64,000 nt of DNA from Eledone cirrhosa (taxonomy: Eukaryota), in the NCBI GenBank assembly GCA_964016885.1, contig OZ024742.1, positions 271,250,001 to 271,314,000 of the forward strand. The letters run 5' to 3'. The first letter of the stretch is position 1; the number at the start of each line of letters is the position of its first letter. Shown piece by piece: positions 12,439 to 23,831 of this stretch. Made by a program: the position numbers and the translations under genes. The notes below the pieces were generated by a model, which saw only the letters and a program-made list of their open reading frames with translations, did no database searches and was not told where the DNA came from.

Positions 12439-15400
12439 TTACAGATATATACTCAGAGTCGGCCCATTCACTCGGGCCATTCTTGCTTCTCTCACCCATC
12501 TTTCAACAAAATGCTGGGAAGAGAGCACTTCCCTCTCTACTCTGATTTTCCTTTTCAAATGAAATTTGAAAAAGTCAATCAGAGAATCACCGAAGAGGTA
12601 AGTGCTCGTCTTCAGCCCTTTCAAACGTGTCCACCATACTATCTCTTTCGCCATGGCCACCAGACAGATAAAAACTCCCTGCCCTTCCCGGCTAAAGGAG
12701 GAGGGCGGGGCAATCCTCACGATGGACTCAGATGATAGCTGGATCCGTCCTAAACGCGACAGCAGGTGTTCGACATAAACCCACAAGTCAGCAATTTTCG
12801 GACACTGGACGAGTGCGTGCAGGACGGTTTCGTCGCCCTGCGCGCATCTCGGACATGCCCGGCTGACGGCACCTCCATGCCTGTAGAGTTTATCCCGAAC
12901 TGGCAAGGCTCCTCGGTAGCACTGCCAGGCCAGAGATTTCTGGAAGTTGTCCATAGGCCCTGGCCCGAAAGTTCTTCCGAAGAGATTGGCTAGTTGATTT
13001 TCGTCGACGCCTAGAGTTTCCCCAAGTACGTCGTCGCTCTTCCCCTCCACTAATCCTCTATAGAACGCCGAGGTGGAGTTTCCACCGATCACATTGCCCG
13101 ATTGGTCGAGGGCTGTGAGCGCCTGAAGACATTCCAGTCTCCAGGCGCTCCCTCTCGGTCTTCGCTTGACCCAGGACTGCAGCTCCGTCAAGGAAACGAG
13201 CTGGGGAAAAACGCGTCTAGCAAACGGCGACCACACCTGATCACCGTCGAGGAAGAGGTGGAGATGTCGTAGCCTGAGCGCGTGCCTGCGCATCATCAGC
13301 CACGGCATGCCCAGCCCTCCACGTAGCGGGTGTTGACAACAGATGGACCGCCTGACCATCGGAGCACGTCCCTTCCACAAAAAGCGAAAGAGCAAACGCT
13401 CCAGCGCAGTCAGGCGAGGCTTAGGACAAGGTACGACGGTTAGGCGGTAGCAGATGACAGACGCGATGTACGCGTTAGCCACCTCCGCTCGACCTTTCAG
13501 GGATAGCTTCCTCTCCGCCCATTTCTGGGTGAGAGAAGCCACCCTGCTCGTCACCTCGTCCCAGTTTTTGTCCGTCTGGAGGTCCGGACCGAACCAGACC
13601 CCTAGCAATTTAACCGGTCCGTCCGTCCAGCGCCCGACGACGCTGTTGGACGGCATGGACCTGCCTCTACAGGTGCCGAGCTGCAGGCCCACTGACTTTT
13701 CCTGGTTGATCATTGCTCCTGTCACCGCTTCGTATTCTCTTATTGTAGTGCCGATCGCCTCGATGTGTTTGGCGTTCGACACCACTACGGTGACATCGTC
13801 CGCATATGCTGACACGGATCTTCCGCATCCTAGTTCGCGCGGGACTCCCCTCAACGTCTCCAGTTTGTGCAGTAATGGCTCGAGAGTCAATACGTACAAG
13901 AGGGACGAGAGGGGACATCCTTGGCGGACCGAGCGCATGATGTTGAACGGTTCCGACAGGTGACCGTTCACTCTCACCACAGAGCAGATGTCGCTGTGCA
14001 TGGCAGCGATCCAGCCTCTGAAGACGGGCCCAAAGCCAGCCGCCCTCAGGACTGCCGCTAGGTAACGATGGTCGACCCTATCGAAAGCTTTCGACTGATC
14101 TAAATTGATCAAGGACCCACCCGTGCCAGGTTCCCTAGCTACCCTCTCTACGATGTATCGCATGAGGTGGAGGTTGTCGTGGATGGATCTGTCGGGAATG
14201 GCGCATGTCTGCGCCTCTCCCACCAGACCACCAACGACAAGCGCCAACCTCTTTGCTAGCACCTTGGCCAAAATCTTAAACTCTGTGTTTAGCAGAGTTA
14301 TGGGCCGGAAATTGTCTATGTTATCCCCCTTGTTCGGATCCTTTCTCAGCAGTGCCACCGCTCCTCGGCTCACAGAACTGGGAATTCTCCCGTTCTGTTG
14401 CCAGTTGCAGTAGACGTCCGCCAAGAGGCCTCCGAACAAGTCTGGCATCTGTACGTAAAGTTCATAGGGCAGACCATCCAAACCAGGCGATTTACCCCTT
14501 GTGCAGCCAGTCATTGCCTCCCTTACTTCAGCGGCTGTTATCGGCTTTTCGCAACACTTCGCCTCAGTGGCCGAGAGCCGCGGCAGTCCGTCGAGGTAGA
14601 CACTAAAGTCCATCCCTCTACCCGGCCCCCCGCTGCCCCCGAACAGCTGAGCGAAGTGTCGCTGAAAAGCTTCACACATTTGCCCGGGATCGAGTAGCAT
14701 GCGCCCGTCGTGGTCCACCAAAGACCGGATCGTGGCTTTGTTGCCACGACGCGCCTCCGCCACTCGGGCCCATTGAACGGCTTTCGTCCCCTCGTGTCTG
14801 AGAGCACGCACCCTAGCTCTGACAACGCAGCCTTCGTGCTTTGCATTGAAGAATTGGTCAAGGGCCAATTTCGCCGCAAGCACGTCGGTCGCAATGCCTT
14901 TGCTAAGCGCCTCGTCTAATTTTCTAACTAGTTCTCCCTCTGCTCTATTTTTCTCTATTGCTAAAGCCTTACTAAACCTAATCGATTCTATTCTAATCGC
15001 TCTTTTCAGAGCAAACCACCACTTGTTGTTGACGATGGCCCCCGTCAACGCCCGCTTAACTAGTTCGCTAATCCGGTCTCTGTAGGCCTTGCGCGCTGGT
15101 AAGGACGCGTTTAGCTTCCAGTAGCCGGGTCCTCGTCTATGAAGCCTATCTAAGTCAAGCACACAGGTCACGAATTTGTGGTCCGTGTAGCTGACTATCT
15201 TGAATTGTGGACAGCCTATGCTAGACCTATCTATTTCCCTACAAAATACTCTATCTAGATATGATCTGGATGACCCTATGCGGTTTGTCCAAGTCCACAT
15301 TGGCACATTCGGGAAATCCAATCGGTACCTGTCAGACAGTTCAAAACGCCTGAGCAGGTTGGTGAGGCTCTTGCACCCTCCACCCCTATCCGCTAATCCC

Positions 15401-15858
15401 ACACAGTCCCAGCGTGCATCTAAGATCCCGTTCCAGTCGCCCACTAACACTAAAGAGCGCGACGTTCCAAGAAAGGTCTCCAGACGCCGGAAGAAATCAG
15501 GCCGCCCTGCTCCTGTCGGGGCATAGACGGCCACTAGCCTGAAAGCTTGCCCGTCTCCGCTGGTCACGTCCAGCACCACCAGCTTACCCTCTGGGTCCAG
15601 GAAGATGGCCCGTATGGCGAGATCCAAACCTCTCCGAAAAAGCACAGCAACTCCTCCACCCGATCCAGGACGGCTGGGAGATGCGTACACATCGTAGCCG
15701 CCGAAGATCGGTGCGAAGGCCCGTGCTTCGGAGATTCTGGTCTCGCTGATGGCCACTACATCTATGTTTAGTGACCTGAGGTCGTTGAGCAGGTGACCCT
15801 GCTTCCATGACGACCCCAAGCCACGCGCATTTATGCTGCCTATTCTGAGTGAGGTCAT
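12439..15858 (-). CDS. Tx1-type ORF2: AP endonuclease, reverse transcriptase, C-terminal CCHC (1139 aa)
   Basis: APE motifs SINARG, SET, VYAP, GDWN, SYLD, TDH; RT motifs KSPGLDG, FRPITLLN, LDQSKAFDRVDH, VRQGCPLS, YADD; zinc motif CPRC..ETVLHALVQC. Confidence 0.96.
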   Translation of the reverse strand: MTSLRIGSINARGLGSSWKQGHLLNDLRSLNIDVVAISETRISEARAFAPIFGGYDVYASPSRPGSGGGVAVLFRRGLDLAIRAIFLDPEGKLVVLDVTSGDGQAFRLVAVYAPTGAGRPDFFRRLETFLGTSRSLVLVGDWNGILDARWDCVGLADRGGGCKSLTNLLRRFELSDRYRLDFPNVPMWTWTNRIGSSRSYLDRVFCREIDRSSIGCPQFKIVSYTDHKFVTCVLDLDRLHRRGPGYWKLNASLPARKAYRDRISELVKRALTGAIVNNKWWFALKRAIRIESIRFSKALAIEKNRAEGELVRKLDEALSKGIATDVLAAKLALDQFFNAKHEGCVVRARVRALRHEGTKAVQWARVAEARRGNKATIRSLVDHDGRMLLDPGQMCEAFQRHFAQLFGGSGGPGRGMDFSVYLDGLPRLSATEAKCCEKPITAAEVREAMTGCTRGKSPGLDGLPYELYVQMPDLFGGLLADVYCNWQQNGRIPSSVSRGAVALLRKDPNKGDNIDNFRPITLLNTEFKILAKVLAKRLALVVGGLVGEAQTCAIPDRSIHDNLHLMRYIVERVAREPGTGGSLINLDQSKAFDRVDHRYLAAVLRAAGFGPVFRGWIAAMHSDICSVVRVNGHLSEPFNIMRSVRQGCPLSSLLYVLTLEPLLHKLETLRGVPRELGCGRSVSAYADDVTVVVSNAKHIEAIGTTIREYEAVTGAMINQEKSVGLQLGTCRGRSMPSNSVVGRWTDGPVKLLGVWFGPDLQTDKNWDEVTSRVASLTQKWAERKLSLKGRAEVANAYIASVICYRLTVVPCPKPRLTALERLLFRFLWKGRAPMVRRSICCQHPLRGGLGMPWLMMRRHALRLRHLHLFLDGDQVWSPFARRVFPQLVSLTELQSWVKRRPRGSAWRLECLQALTALDQSGNVIGGNSTSAFYRGLVEGKSDDVLGETLGVDENQLANLFGRTFGPGPMDNFQKSLAWQCYRGALPVRDKLYRHGGAVSRACPRCAQGDETVLHALVQCPKIADLWVYVEHLLSRLGRIQLSSESIVRIAPPSSFSREGQGVFICLVAMAKEIVWWTRLKGLKTSTYLFGDSLIDFFKFHLKRKIRVEREVLSSQHFVERWVREARMARVNGPTLSIYL

Positions 15859-15893
15859 GTTTAAAATAGAGTGGAAAAGATGGGAAAGACCAC

Positions 15894-17993
15894 TTACCGT
15901 ATTTTTGGTAGAGGAGGGATGGTTTTTACATCCCTTTTCACTTGATCGTCTGGTGAAGGGACCGTTGAATCGTCCCTTCGGCTGGTCGTCGGCTCTTCTA
16001 AGAGAATGTCTGAATATACTCTTCGATTAATGGTTCCTCCTAGGTCCCTGAAATCACCAACTGCGTTGGGGAATTTCGTTTTAATGTTTGTGTATTGTTT
16101 CTGTGCTATTTTTAGCAGTCTTATGTTAGTTGGCGTTTTGATTGGTGCTGGTATTATGTAGTCCTGTTGTGAAATGTCTGTGTGTTCAATTATGTAAGTC
16201 ATTAGTTTCTTGTTGTGTGTGTTTATTGCCGTGCATTTGTTTTTCTGGGGGTGGGGTGTGGTTCTGCTATTTTCTTGTCGTTGTTGCTGGGTGTGTGTGT
16301 TTTGTTGTTGTGTTTGCGATGTTGGTGCTTGTGGTGGTGGTGTTGAAGGTGTTGTTGGCGGTGGGGTTGTCGCCGGTGGTGATGGTGGTGCTGGTGTGGG
16401 TGGTGATGGTGTTGGTGGTGTTGCTGCTGTGGGTCTCTTTGCAGTAGACTTTACCCTTTTCTCATTTCTTTCCTCCCTTTTCAAAGGCGACGATGCGCTG
16501 CTTCTGCGTTTGTGCCTTCTTGAGACCTTTTGCCATCCCTCTCCCACCTCACACTCCATGTCTGATTCTGTAAGGTCGGGGAGGGGTACCAGCTCCACTC
16601 TTTCACTTGTTGTTGTTGGTGATGTTTGCACTGGAGTCTCTGTTGCAGCTGCATTTGGTATTGCTGTTGTTGTTGTTAATATTTCCACTGCTGCTGCTGT
16701 CTTTGATTTCCGTGGAGTGGGTATGGGTGCCACGGACCTATCGTTCCTGGTTGCCGCTTGTCCTGTTGCTGGTAGCCGTGGAACCGGATTCGGGAGGAGG
16801 GGGGTTTTCTCCTTTCTCAGGGTCTTCTCGTTGCAGAAGGCCCTGAGGTGAGTCTTCGATCCACAGCGAAAGCATTTCGGGCGTTTGCCCTCAACACTTA
16901 TGGGCAGTTGAGTGCCGTTATCGAAGTCTATCACATCCGGGATAGCTTCGATGCACTCCTGGTTGGTTTGGATTAGCATCTCAATGGAGGAGCCGACCCA
17001 ATCTTCTCTTACTTTTTTCTGTACTTGCAGTACAGTTGTTTTGTCCTCGATTCCGACGAGGACAGACGCGGCCAGCCAAGAAGGGGTCATTCCGGGGGGG
17101 ACGTGGGTCAGTTTGACCCTCACAATTTTTTGCCCGCAGTAGGAGGGCACCAACACCATTTCCTCGCTCCTTAGGGTCACTACTGATTGGGCCTTTGCCT
17201 CCTGGGGTGTGGCAAAAAGTACGTCTACGGTGGCGTATTTTTTGCCTCGGGTGATGTGCGTTTTCCTCTGCCACACAGACCCCAAGGCTTTTTGTATTTG
17301 GGCATCTGTGGCTCTTTCCACCCTACGGGATTTTGTACTTACTGTACGGTACGTGACCGTACAGTGCTCTTGGGTTTCGAAAAAATTTTTCGCTGCCTTG
17401 CAGATTGCTCGGTGTCCGTTCTTTGTCACCATCTTCTTCGCTTCCTCTAATTCCTCATTTGTTATGAGGATTGTTTCCAGGTTTTTCGCAATACCTGCAA
17501 ATGAGATTGGTTTTTCTCTGCTGTTGTTGTTGTCGTCAGAGCTGCTGGTACTTTTGTTGTTGCTGCAGGTACTACGACTACTGCCTCCGCCGCTGTTGCT
17601 GTGGTTGTTGTTGGTGTTGCTGCTGCTAATGCTGTTGTTGTTTATGCTGCTGGTGATGCTGTTGCGGCTGCTACTGTTGTTTTCATTGTCACTGTTGCTG
17701 TTGTTATTACGGCTGCTACTGCTATTATTCCTGACGTCAGACGAATGAACTGGGTTTTCGTATTTCCCGCACACCTGTTTCGTCGCTGTCGTCGTCGTCG
17801 TGGAGAAACCTTGCACGCTTTGCACGAGACTTTTCTTTTCTTTCGTCGCTTGCGAAAGAGAAGGTAGGGAGAGAGACACATTTAAAGAAGGGAGGGAGAG
17901 AGACAATCTTCTCTCTCCTGTAGTGATGATTGAGGAAGAAGAAGACGGAATGAGTGGGAGTGACGTATGAAATTTTTTTTTTTTGGTAGCCAT
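15894..17993 (-). CDS. Tx1-type ORF1 (gag-like nucleic-acid-binding protein, 699 aa from the first ATG)
   Basis: Open frame directly upstream of ORF2; CX2CX4HX4C knuckle CFRCGSKTHLRAFC; Ser/Asn and Pro/Thr low-complexity tracts. The aaaacATGGCT start context is shared with the copies at ~48095 and ~54056. Confidence 0.9.
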   Translation of the reverse strand: MATKKKKFHTSLPLIPSSSSSIITTGERRLSLSLPSLNVSLSLPSLSQATKEKKSLVQSVQGFSTTTTTATKQVCGKYENPVHSSDVRNNSSSSRNNNSNSDNENNSSSRNSITSSINNNSISSSNTNNNHSNSGGGSSRSTCSNNKSTSSSDDNNNSREKPISFAGIAKNLETILITNEELEEAKKMVTKNGHRAICKAAKNFFETQEHCTVTYRTVSTKSRRVERATDAQIQKALGSVWQRKTHITRGKKYATVDVLFATPQEAKAQSVVTLRSEEMVLVPSYCGQKIVRVKLTHVPPGMTPSWLAASVLVGIEDKTTVLQVQKKVREDWVGSSIEMLIQTNQECIEAIPDVIDFDNGTQLPISVEGKRPKCFRCGSKTHLRAFCNEKTLRKEKTPLLPNPVPRLPATGQAATRNDRSVAPIPTPRKSKTAAAVEILTTTTAIPNAAATETPVQTSPTTTSERVELVPLPDLTESDMECEVGEGWQKVSRRHKRRSSASSPLKREERNEKRVKSTAKRPTAATPPTPSPPTPAPPSPPATTPPPTTPSTPPPQAPTSQTQQQNTHTQQQRQENSRTTPHPQKNKCTAINTHNKKLMTYIIEHTDISQQDYIIPAPIKTPTNIRLLKIAQKQYTNIKTKFPNAVGDFRDLGGTINRRVYSDILLEEPTTSRRDDSTVPSPDDQVKRDVKTIPPLPKIR

Positions 17994-18206
17994 GTTTTTT
18001 TTTTTAAAATGAAATTTTGGGTACAAAACCCCAATAACTGGCTATTTAACCCCGAAGGGCCAAATAACGGACAGAAAGACCCCTCTCACGAGGAGGAGGG
18101 TGTCTTTATCAACAATTTGGTTCAAGTTTTAAACAATTTACAATTGTTTTAACGGTTAAAAATTACTATACCTTACAGAGCCGAGCCTCCGTCAACCATG
18201 GCATTC

Positions 18207-18248
<42 letters not shown>
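18207..18248. repeat. (AAT)n microsatellite
   Basis: Directly visible. Confidence 0.98.
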
Positions 18249-18249
<1 letters not shown>

Positions 18250-19419
18250 TCTTTATTTGCCACAAGGACTGACATCAAGAGAAACATTACAGACGGCACA
18301 TGACAGTACGATGGGGTTTTGTGCGTGTAAAGATTTTTATTATTCATATAAAAAAAGAAAAAAAAGACATAGAAACATATATATATAAACAATAAAAATG
18401 AAAATTGAAACAATGAAAAATTCCCCAATAGGGGGAAACCTCCAAAGGGTTACTCGTGGCGGAAACCGCACAAAAGACCACGGCCACCCTGACCACCAGG
18501 ACAAGAGCCCTCCCTCAATGATTCCATTTCTCAAACTACAGGCGTATAATCAGAGCTGTCCCGTTCACTCGGTCCATTCTCGCTACCTTCACCCACATTT
18601 CAACAAACTTGCTAGAAGGCAGAACTAGCGTCTCCACCCTAATTTTCCTCTTCAAGTGAAACTTGAAAAAGTTACTTAGGGATTCGCCGAAGAGGATACT
18701 ATCTGTCTTTAACGCTTTCAACCTTGTCCACCATACAATCTCTTTCGCCATGGCCACCAGGCAGATGAAAACCGTTGCCTTTCCTCCTCGAATGAAGACG
18801 GCGAGACCAACTGCAAAATGAACTCAGTCGATAAACGGATCAGTCCTACACGTGACAGCAACTGTTCGACATAGCTCCACAAGTCAGCAATGCTCGGGCA
18901 CTGAACGAATGCGTGCACGACGGTTTCGTCGCTATGCGCGCATCTCGGACATCCTCGGCAGACGGCACTTCCGTGCCTGTAGAGCTTATCTCGAAACGGC
19001 AACGCTCCCCGGTAGCACTGCCAGGCCAGGGATTTTTGGAAGTTATCCATAGGCCTTGGGCTGAAAGTTCTCCGGAAGAGAGCAAACAGCTGATCTTTTC
19101 GACGCCCAGGATCTCCCCGAGAACGTCGTCGTTCTTCCTCTCCACTAGTCCTCTATATAACGCCGAGGGGGATGTTCCACCGATAGTGGTGCCCAGCTGG
19201 CAGGGGGCAGTGAGCGCCTGGAGACATTCCAGTTTCCAAGCGCTATCCCTCGGTCGTTTCCTGACCGAGGACTGCAGCTCCGTCAAGGAGACGAGCTGTG
19301 GGAAAACGTGCCTTGCGAAAGGCGACAACGCCTGTTTACCGTCAAGGAAGCACCAGATATGTCGCAACCTCAGCGCATGTTTTCGCATAATCAGCCATGG
19401 CATGCCCTATCCTCCACGC
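18249..19419 (-). mobile_element. 5'-truncated Tx1-type fragment, diverged subfamily
   Basis: MPWLIMRKHALRLRH, MDNFQKSLAWQCYRGALP, CPRC..ETVVHAFVQC; 3'UTR ends at the AAT tract. Confidence 0.92.
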
Positions 19420-19555
19420 AAAGGCATGCCTGCTGGGAACAGCAAGAACCCTCCGATACCTCCTGAATATCTGAGGCTGCATTTAATGAGCTGATATTCA
19501 TTTCAACAAACTTTCTAGTTAAATAACATCATTGACTGAGACTCAAATAACATTA
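19420..19555 (+). mobile_element. 3' tip of Dong family A
   Basis: aaaggcatgcctgctgggaacagcaagaacc...gactgagactcaaa matches 11894-12020 and is followed by (AAT)n. Confidence 0.88.
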
Positions 19556-19570
19556 ATAATAATAATAATA

Positions 19571-22500
19571 ACACAAAGTCAGCGAAGGGAATATGAAACA
19601 CAAAGTCAGCGAAGGGAATATGAAACAAAAAGTAAGCGAAGGGAAAATGAAACATGTGTCAGTGAAAACGAGGTAAATTGTAACACTTCGAATCCCAGGG
19701 TTGGGGCGGAATCATTGACAACAGAACAAATTAAAGAAAGGATTGAAAAAGTGGAGGGAGTGCATGCTCAAGTTGAAACTCAAAATGAAATCAATGAGAT
19801 CGTAAATGATAAAGAAATGAATGAGAATGAACTGGCCAACTTGAAGGATGAAATTATGATCGAATGGATGAAAATGAAAGAATCTGATATGGGGGAACGT
19901 GACACTCCTCCTAAGATCCAGAACTCCAAACAGAACCAAAAGATAATACACAAGACTAACATAATTCTCAAAAACATTATCATCACAAACAAACTAAACA
20001 TTACTGACTTAAATCATCTCTATTATGCATCGGCTAAAGTCACCACTCACTTCTGTGGAGTGAAAATGAAAGAACAAAGGAATTCCCACAAGAAATCTAC
20101 TTGGCAAGAGAATATCAATCGCCAAATAAACCATTTCGCACTCTTAGTACGCCTGTTACTTAAATATAAGTATGTACACGTACATACATATATGTATACA
20201 GACATACAGTAGTATGTATATATATATACATACATGCACACATATATACATGTACGTATGGATTCACCGAACATTTATTTTAATGCCCGGTGTGTTTGTA
20301 AACAAACATCCCCTGTTAAGCCGTAGTGTCTAGCCAGCATCGTTGCTCGTTTGTTCAACACTGACAAAGGAACGCTATACTAGTTTCAAGCTTATTAGCT
20401 ATCGTCAGGAACGTATACCTTCCTGCCAGATTGTTGAACGTATATACTTACCTTATGCATATTAATGGCTGAGTAGCCCAATCTGTATATCGAGTGGGTT
20501 AATCGGCCGGGTGCACCGAAACGATAAACGGAAAAAATACAACGAAATTACTGATTTAAATTATCTCTATTATGCATCGGCTAAAGTCACCACTCACTTA
20601 TGTGGAGTAAAAATGAAAAAAACAAAGGAATTCCCACAAGAAACCTACTTGGCAAGAGAACATAAATCGCCAAGTAAACCTTCTCCGATCTGACATAGAA
20701 GTTTTAACAAACTACAAAGTAGGTGACCATGTTAAACAAACTAAACTTTGAAAATTGAAAAGAAAATACAGTATAAAATCAACAAGTGACATAGACATGC
20801 TGATAGAAATAATCAAGCAAAAAGTGTCGGCCAAAGCTGCTCGTATAAGGCGCTTTGAAAAGCGATCTAGATTCTATAAGGACAATAATATGTTCAAAAA
20901 CAACCAAAGAAACTTCTACAGAAAAATTGGCAAGTCAACAATAACTGCTAAATCAATACCACCCAAGGAGGAAGTGCAAGAATTCTGGGAAAAGATCTGG
21001 GCCGAAGAAAAAGTTCATAATATACGTGCCTCATGGATAGACAGACAAATGAAAGATACAGCTCACCTTGAGGAACAAATATGGGAAAATATAACAGTTG
21101 AACAGTTGCGTTTGGCTCTTAGAAGAACCAGCAAATGGATATCCCCAGGAAAAGACAAAATACCAAATTTTGCGATAAATGCCTTCACAGATTCTCATGA
21201 GCTGTTAGCCCAGCTTTACAATGAAATAGTTAAGGTGCCAGGAAAGATACCATCATGGCTAGTTAACGGCATTACATTCCTGTTTCCGAAGAATGATGAG
21301 ACAAACAATCCCAAAAATTACAGACCGATAACTTGCTTGATCACAATGTATAAAATTGTAACATCGGTCCTAACTGAATATACATATGACCACCTGATAA
21401 TAAATGATCTATTTCCCAATGAGCAGAAAGGGTGTAAACGAGGCTCATATGGCTGTAAGAATCAGCTTTTGGTTAGCAAAATGAGACTGGAAGATTGGCA
21501 TAGTAGACACAACAATCTATCAATTGCTTGGATAGATTATAAAAAAACATTCGATAGTTTGCCTCTCAGTTGAAAAATGTTTAGAGATTTTCAAAATATC
21601 TCCCGTTGTCAGGAGGTTTTTGTCATTCAGTATGAAGACATGGAAAACGACACTCCTTTTGAATAGTTAAAAAAATCACTGGAAGCTGGAGAAGTTAATA
21701 TTAATTGTGGAATTTTTCAGGGTCACTCTTTATCACCGCTTTTATTATGCATCGCACTTATACCATTAAGTAAAATGCTCAATGAAACAAAACATGGATA
21801 TAAAGTCTATGACAAACCATTAATCACTTGTTCCACATGAATGACCTGAAACTATTTACAAAAAAATGATGAACAATTGCAAGGGCTATTATCCACTCTG
21901 GAGCAGTTCAGTGATGGCATTAAAATGGAGTTTGCACTAGATACATGCGCCAAAGCAACGTTCACCAGAGGAAAGCTGCTGAAAAGTTCAGACATTACTC
22001 TTGATCGAGGAACTGTGATAATAGAACTTGATCAAGAGGAAACTTACAAATAGCTAGGTGTTTCTGAAGGAGACGGAATCAAGCACTCGACAATGAGGGA
22101 AATGATAAGGAAGGAATGTTACCGCAGAGTAAGAGCAATCTTAAGAACGGAATTGAATGCAAGGAATAGGACCGATGCCATAAATACGCTTGCAATACCA
22201 GTAGTAACCTACAGATACAATGTCATCAACTGGTCAAGCACAGAGATCCGTAGGCTCGATACAAAATTTCAAAAATGCTTAACCACGCACATAATGCATC
22301 ATCCCAGGCAGATATAGATAGAATATATCTCCCTAGGAAAGAAAAAGAACGTGGGTTAATCCAGTTAGATATTGCGTTGAAAACTGCAACTATTGGATTA
22401 TCTACATATCTAAGGGAATCACATGATTGGATGATCAAACCCGTTTTGAAACACGAAAGCATCAAAAGATCATACTCCATTAAAAAAGAAGCACAAAGAT

Positions 22501-23531
22501 ACAGTAATGGACTACACATTTCAGAAGTCCCATTTACTGCTGAAATGGAAAACACAGAAAAAGCAAAGTAGGTAAAAGTAACTGCAAAGAAAGGACTGCT
22601 ACAGAAACTGGCTAAGAAATGGCAAGAAAAGCCTCTGTATGGAAAATACCCAGAAAGAGCTAACAATCCTGATGTTGACAACATTTTAACCCATCAGTGG
22701 TGGGCATCCTCTGGACTGAAATCGGAGACTGAAGAACTGATTATATCAGCACAAGATCAGTGTTTGCCAACAAAAAATTACAAAGCCAACATAATAAAAA
22801 AAATGGATGCAACACATTATGCCATGTATGTAAAAAACAACCAGAGTCCATTGATCATATAATTTCAATGTGCTGTCCTATAGCTCCAACAGAATACCTA
22901 AAGAGGCATGACAGAGCTTCACAATACATACATTGGATAATGTGTAAGCATTTTGACGTGCCCCATCAAAAGAATTGGTGGGACAATCAACCACCTCCCA
23001 TACTTGAAAAAGATCACATCTCAATATTGTGGAACTTTAGCATCCACACAGACCGAAAAATAGGTGCAAATAGACCTGATATAATACCGAAGGACTTTAA
23101 AAATAGGTTATGTCTGCTAATTGATATGTCCTTTCCAATAGACAAGCATGTATCTATAAAAACGTTTGAAAAATTGAGCAAGTATAAAGACCTGGCGATA
23201 GGAATTGGAAAAATATTGAAGTTGATAATTGAAACAATACCAGTGGTTGTAAGGTCTATAGGAATGATACCTAAGGGCTCTAATGATTACTTATCGCAAA
23301 TCCCAGGAAACTCGCGTATAGAAGATATACACAAGTTACGAATACTGGGAACTGCTTATACACTAAGGAAGATTATGTCAATATAAATACATCACAAGTC
23401 TAAACACCTAAAGATGCATATGTGTGTTTGTATGTTCATCTTGAACATAGCGGACCTTGTTGTCTCTTGAGGTCACTTGTTGTGACTTGGTGATAACTCG
23501 TATGAAGATAAAGCAAGATAAATGCAACTGT
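19571..23531 (+). mobile_element. 5'-truncated, disrupted R4/Dong-type element, family B
   Basis: SPGKDKI, NYRPITCL, EQKGC, WIDYKKTFD, CHVC..ESIDHIISMC, RHD, RPDI..LIDMS; ends in (TAA)n. Interrupted by an insert at 20133-20547. Confidence 0.92.
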
Positions 23532-23549
23532 AATAATAATAATAATAAT

Positions 23550-23730
23550 TGTTTCTACTTTTGCCACAAGGCCAGCAATTATCTCAGTACATTACTGGTA
23601 CTTCAATTTATCGACCCCGTAAGGATGACAGGCAAAGTTAACCTCGGCGGTATTTGAACTCAGACCATAATGACCGCAACTCTTTGCTGCAAAGCGTTGT
23701 GTCTGACACTCTACCGATACTGCCAATCCA
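23550..23730 (-). mobile_element. tRNA-type SINE (with a second copy at 23832-24012)
   Basis: Minus strand has GGATTGGCAGTATCGGTAG (A-box-like), GAGTTCAAATACC (B box), core ACTTTGCCTGTCATCCTTACGGGGTCGATAAA..GTACCAGT, and a tail GGCCTTGTGGCAAAAGTAGAAAC(ATT)n. Repeated elsewhere in the window. Confidence 0.85.
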
Positions 23731-23831
23731 CAATAATAATACTAATAACAATCATAATAAAAATGATACCTTTATTACCACAAGGGGTCTCACATTAAGG
23801 AAACATTAAAGATGATAAAGGAATAATAATT

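Larger units (their letters stand above)
12177..18205 (-). mobile_element. Full-length, apparently intact Tx1/L1-type LINE inserted in (AAT)n
   Basis: 5'UTR, uninterrupted ORF1 and ORF2, and a 3'UTR ending AATAAAGAAATC(ATT)n. AAT tracts lie at both ends (12132-12176 and 18207-18248). Confidence 0.96.

Noticed and set aside
12766-17881. Many plus-strand ORFs overlapping the intact Tx1
   Set aside because: Antisense shadows of GC-rich or low-complexity coding sequence with no domain motifs.
23650-23730. tRNA gene
   Set aside because: A/B boxes are present but belong to a repeated SINE head with no cloverleaf.
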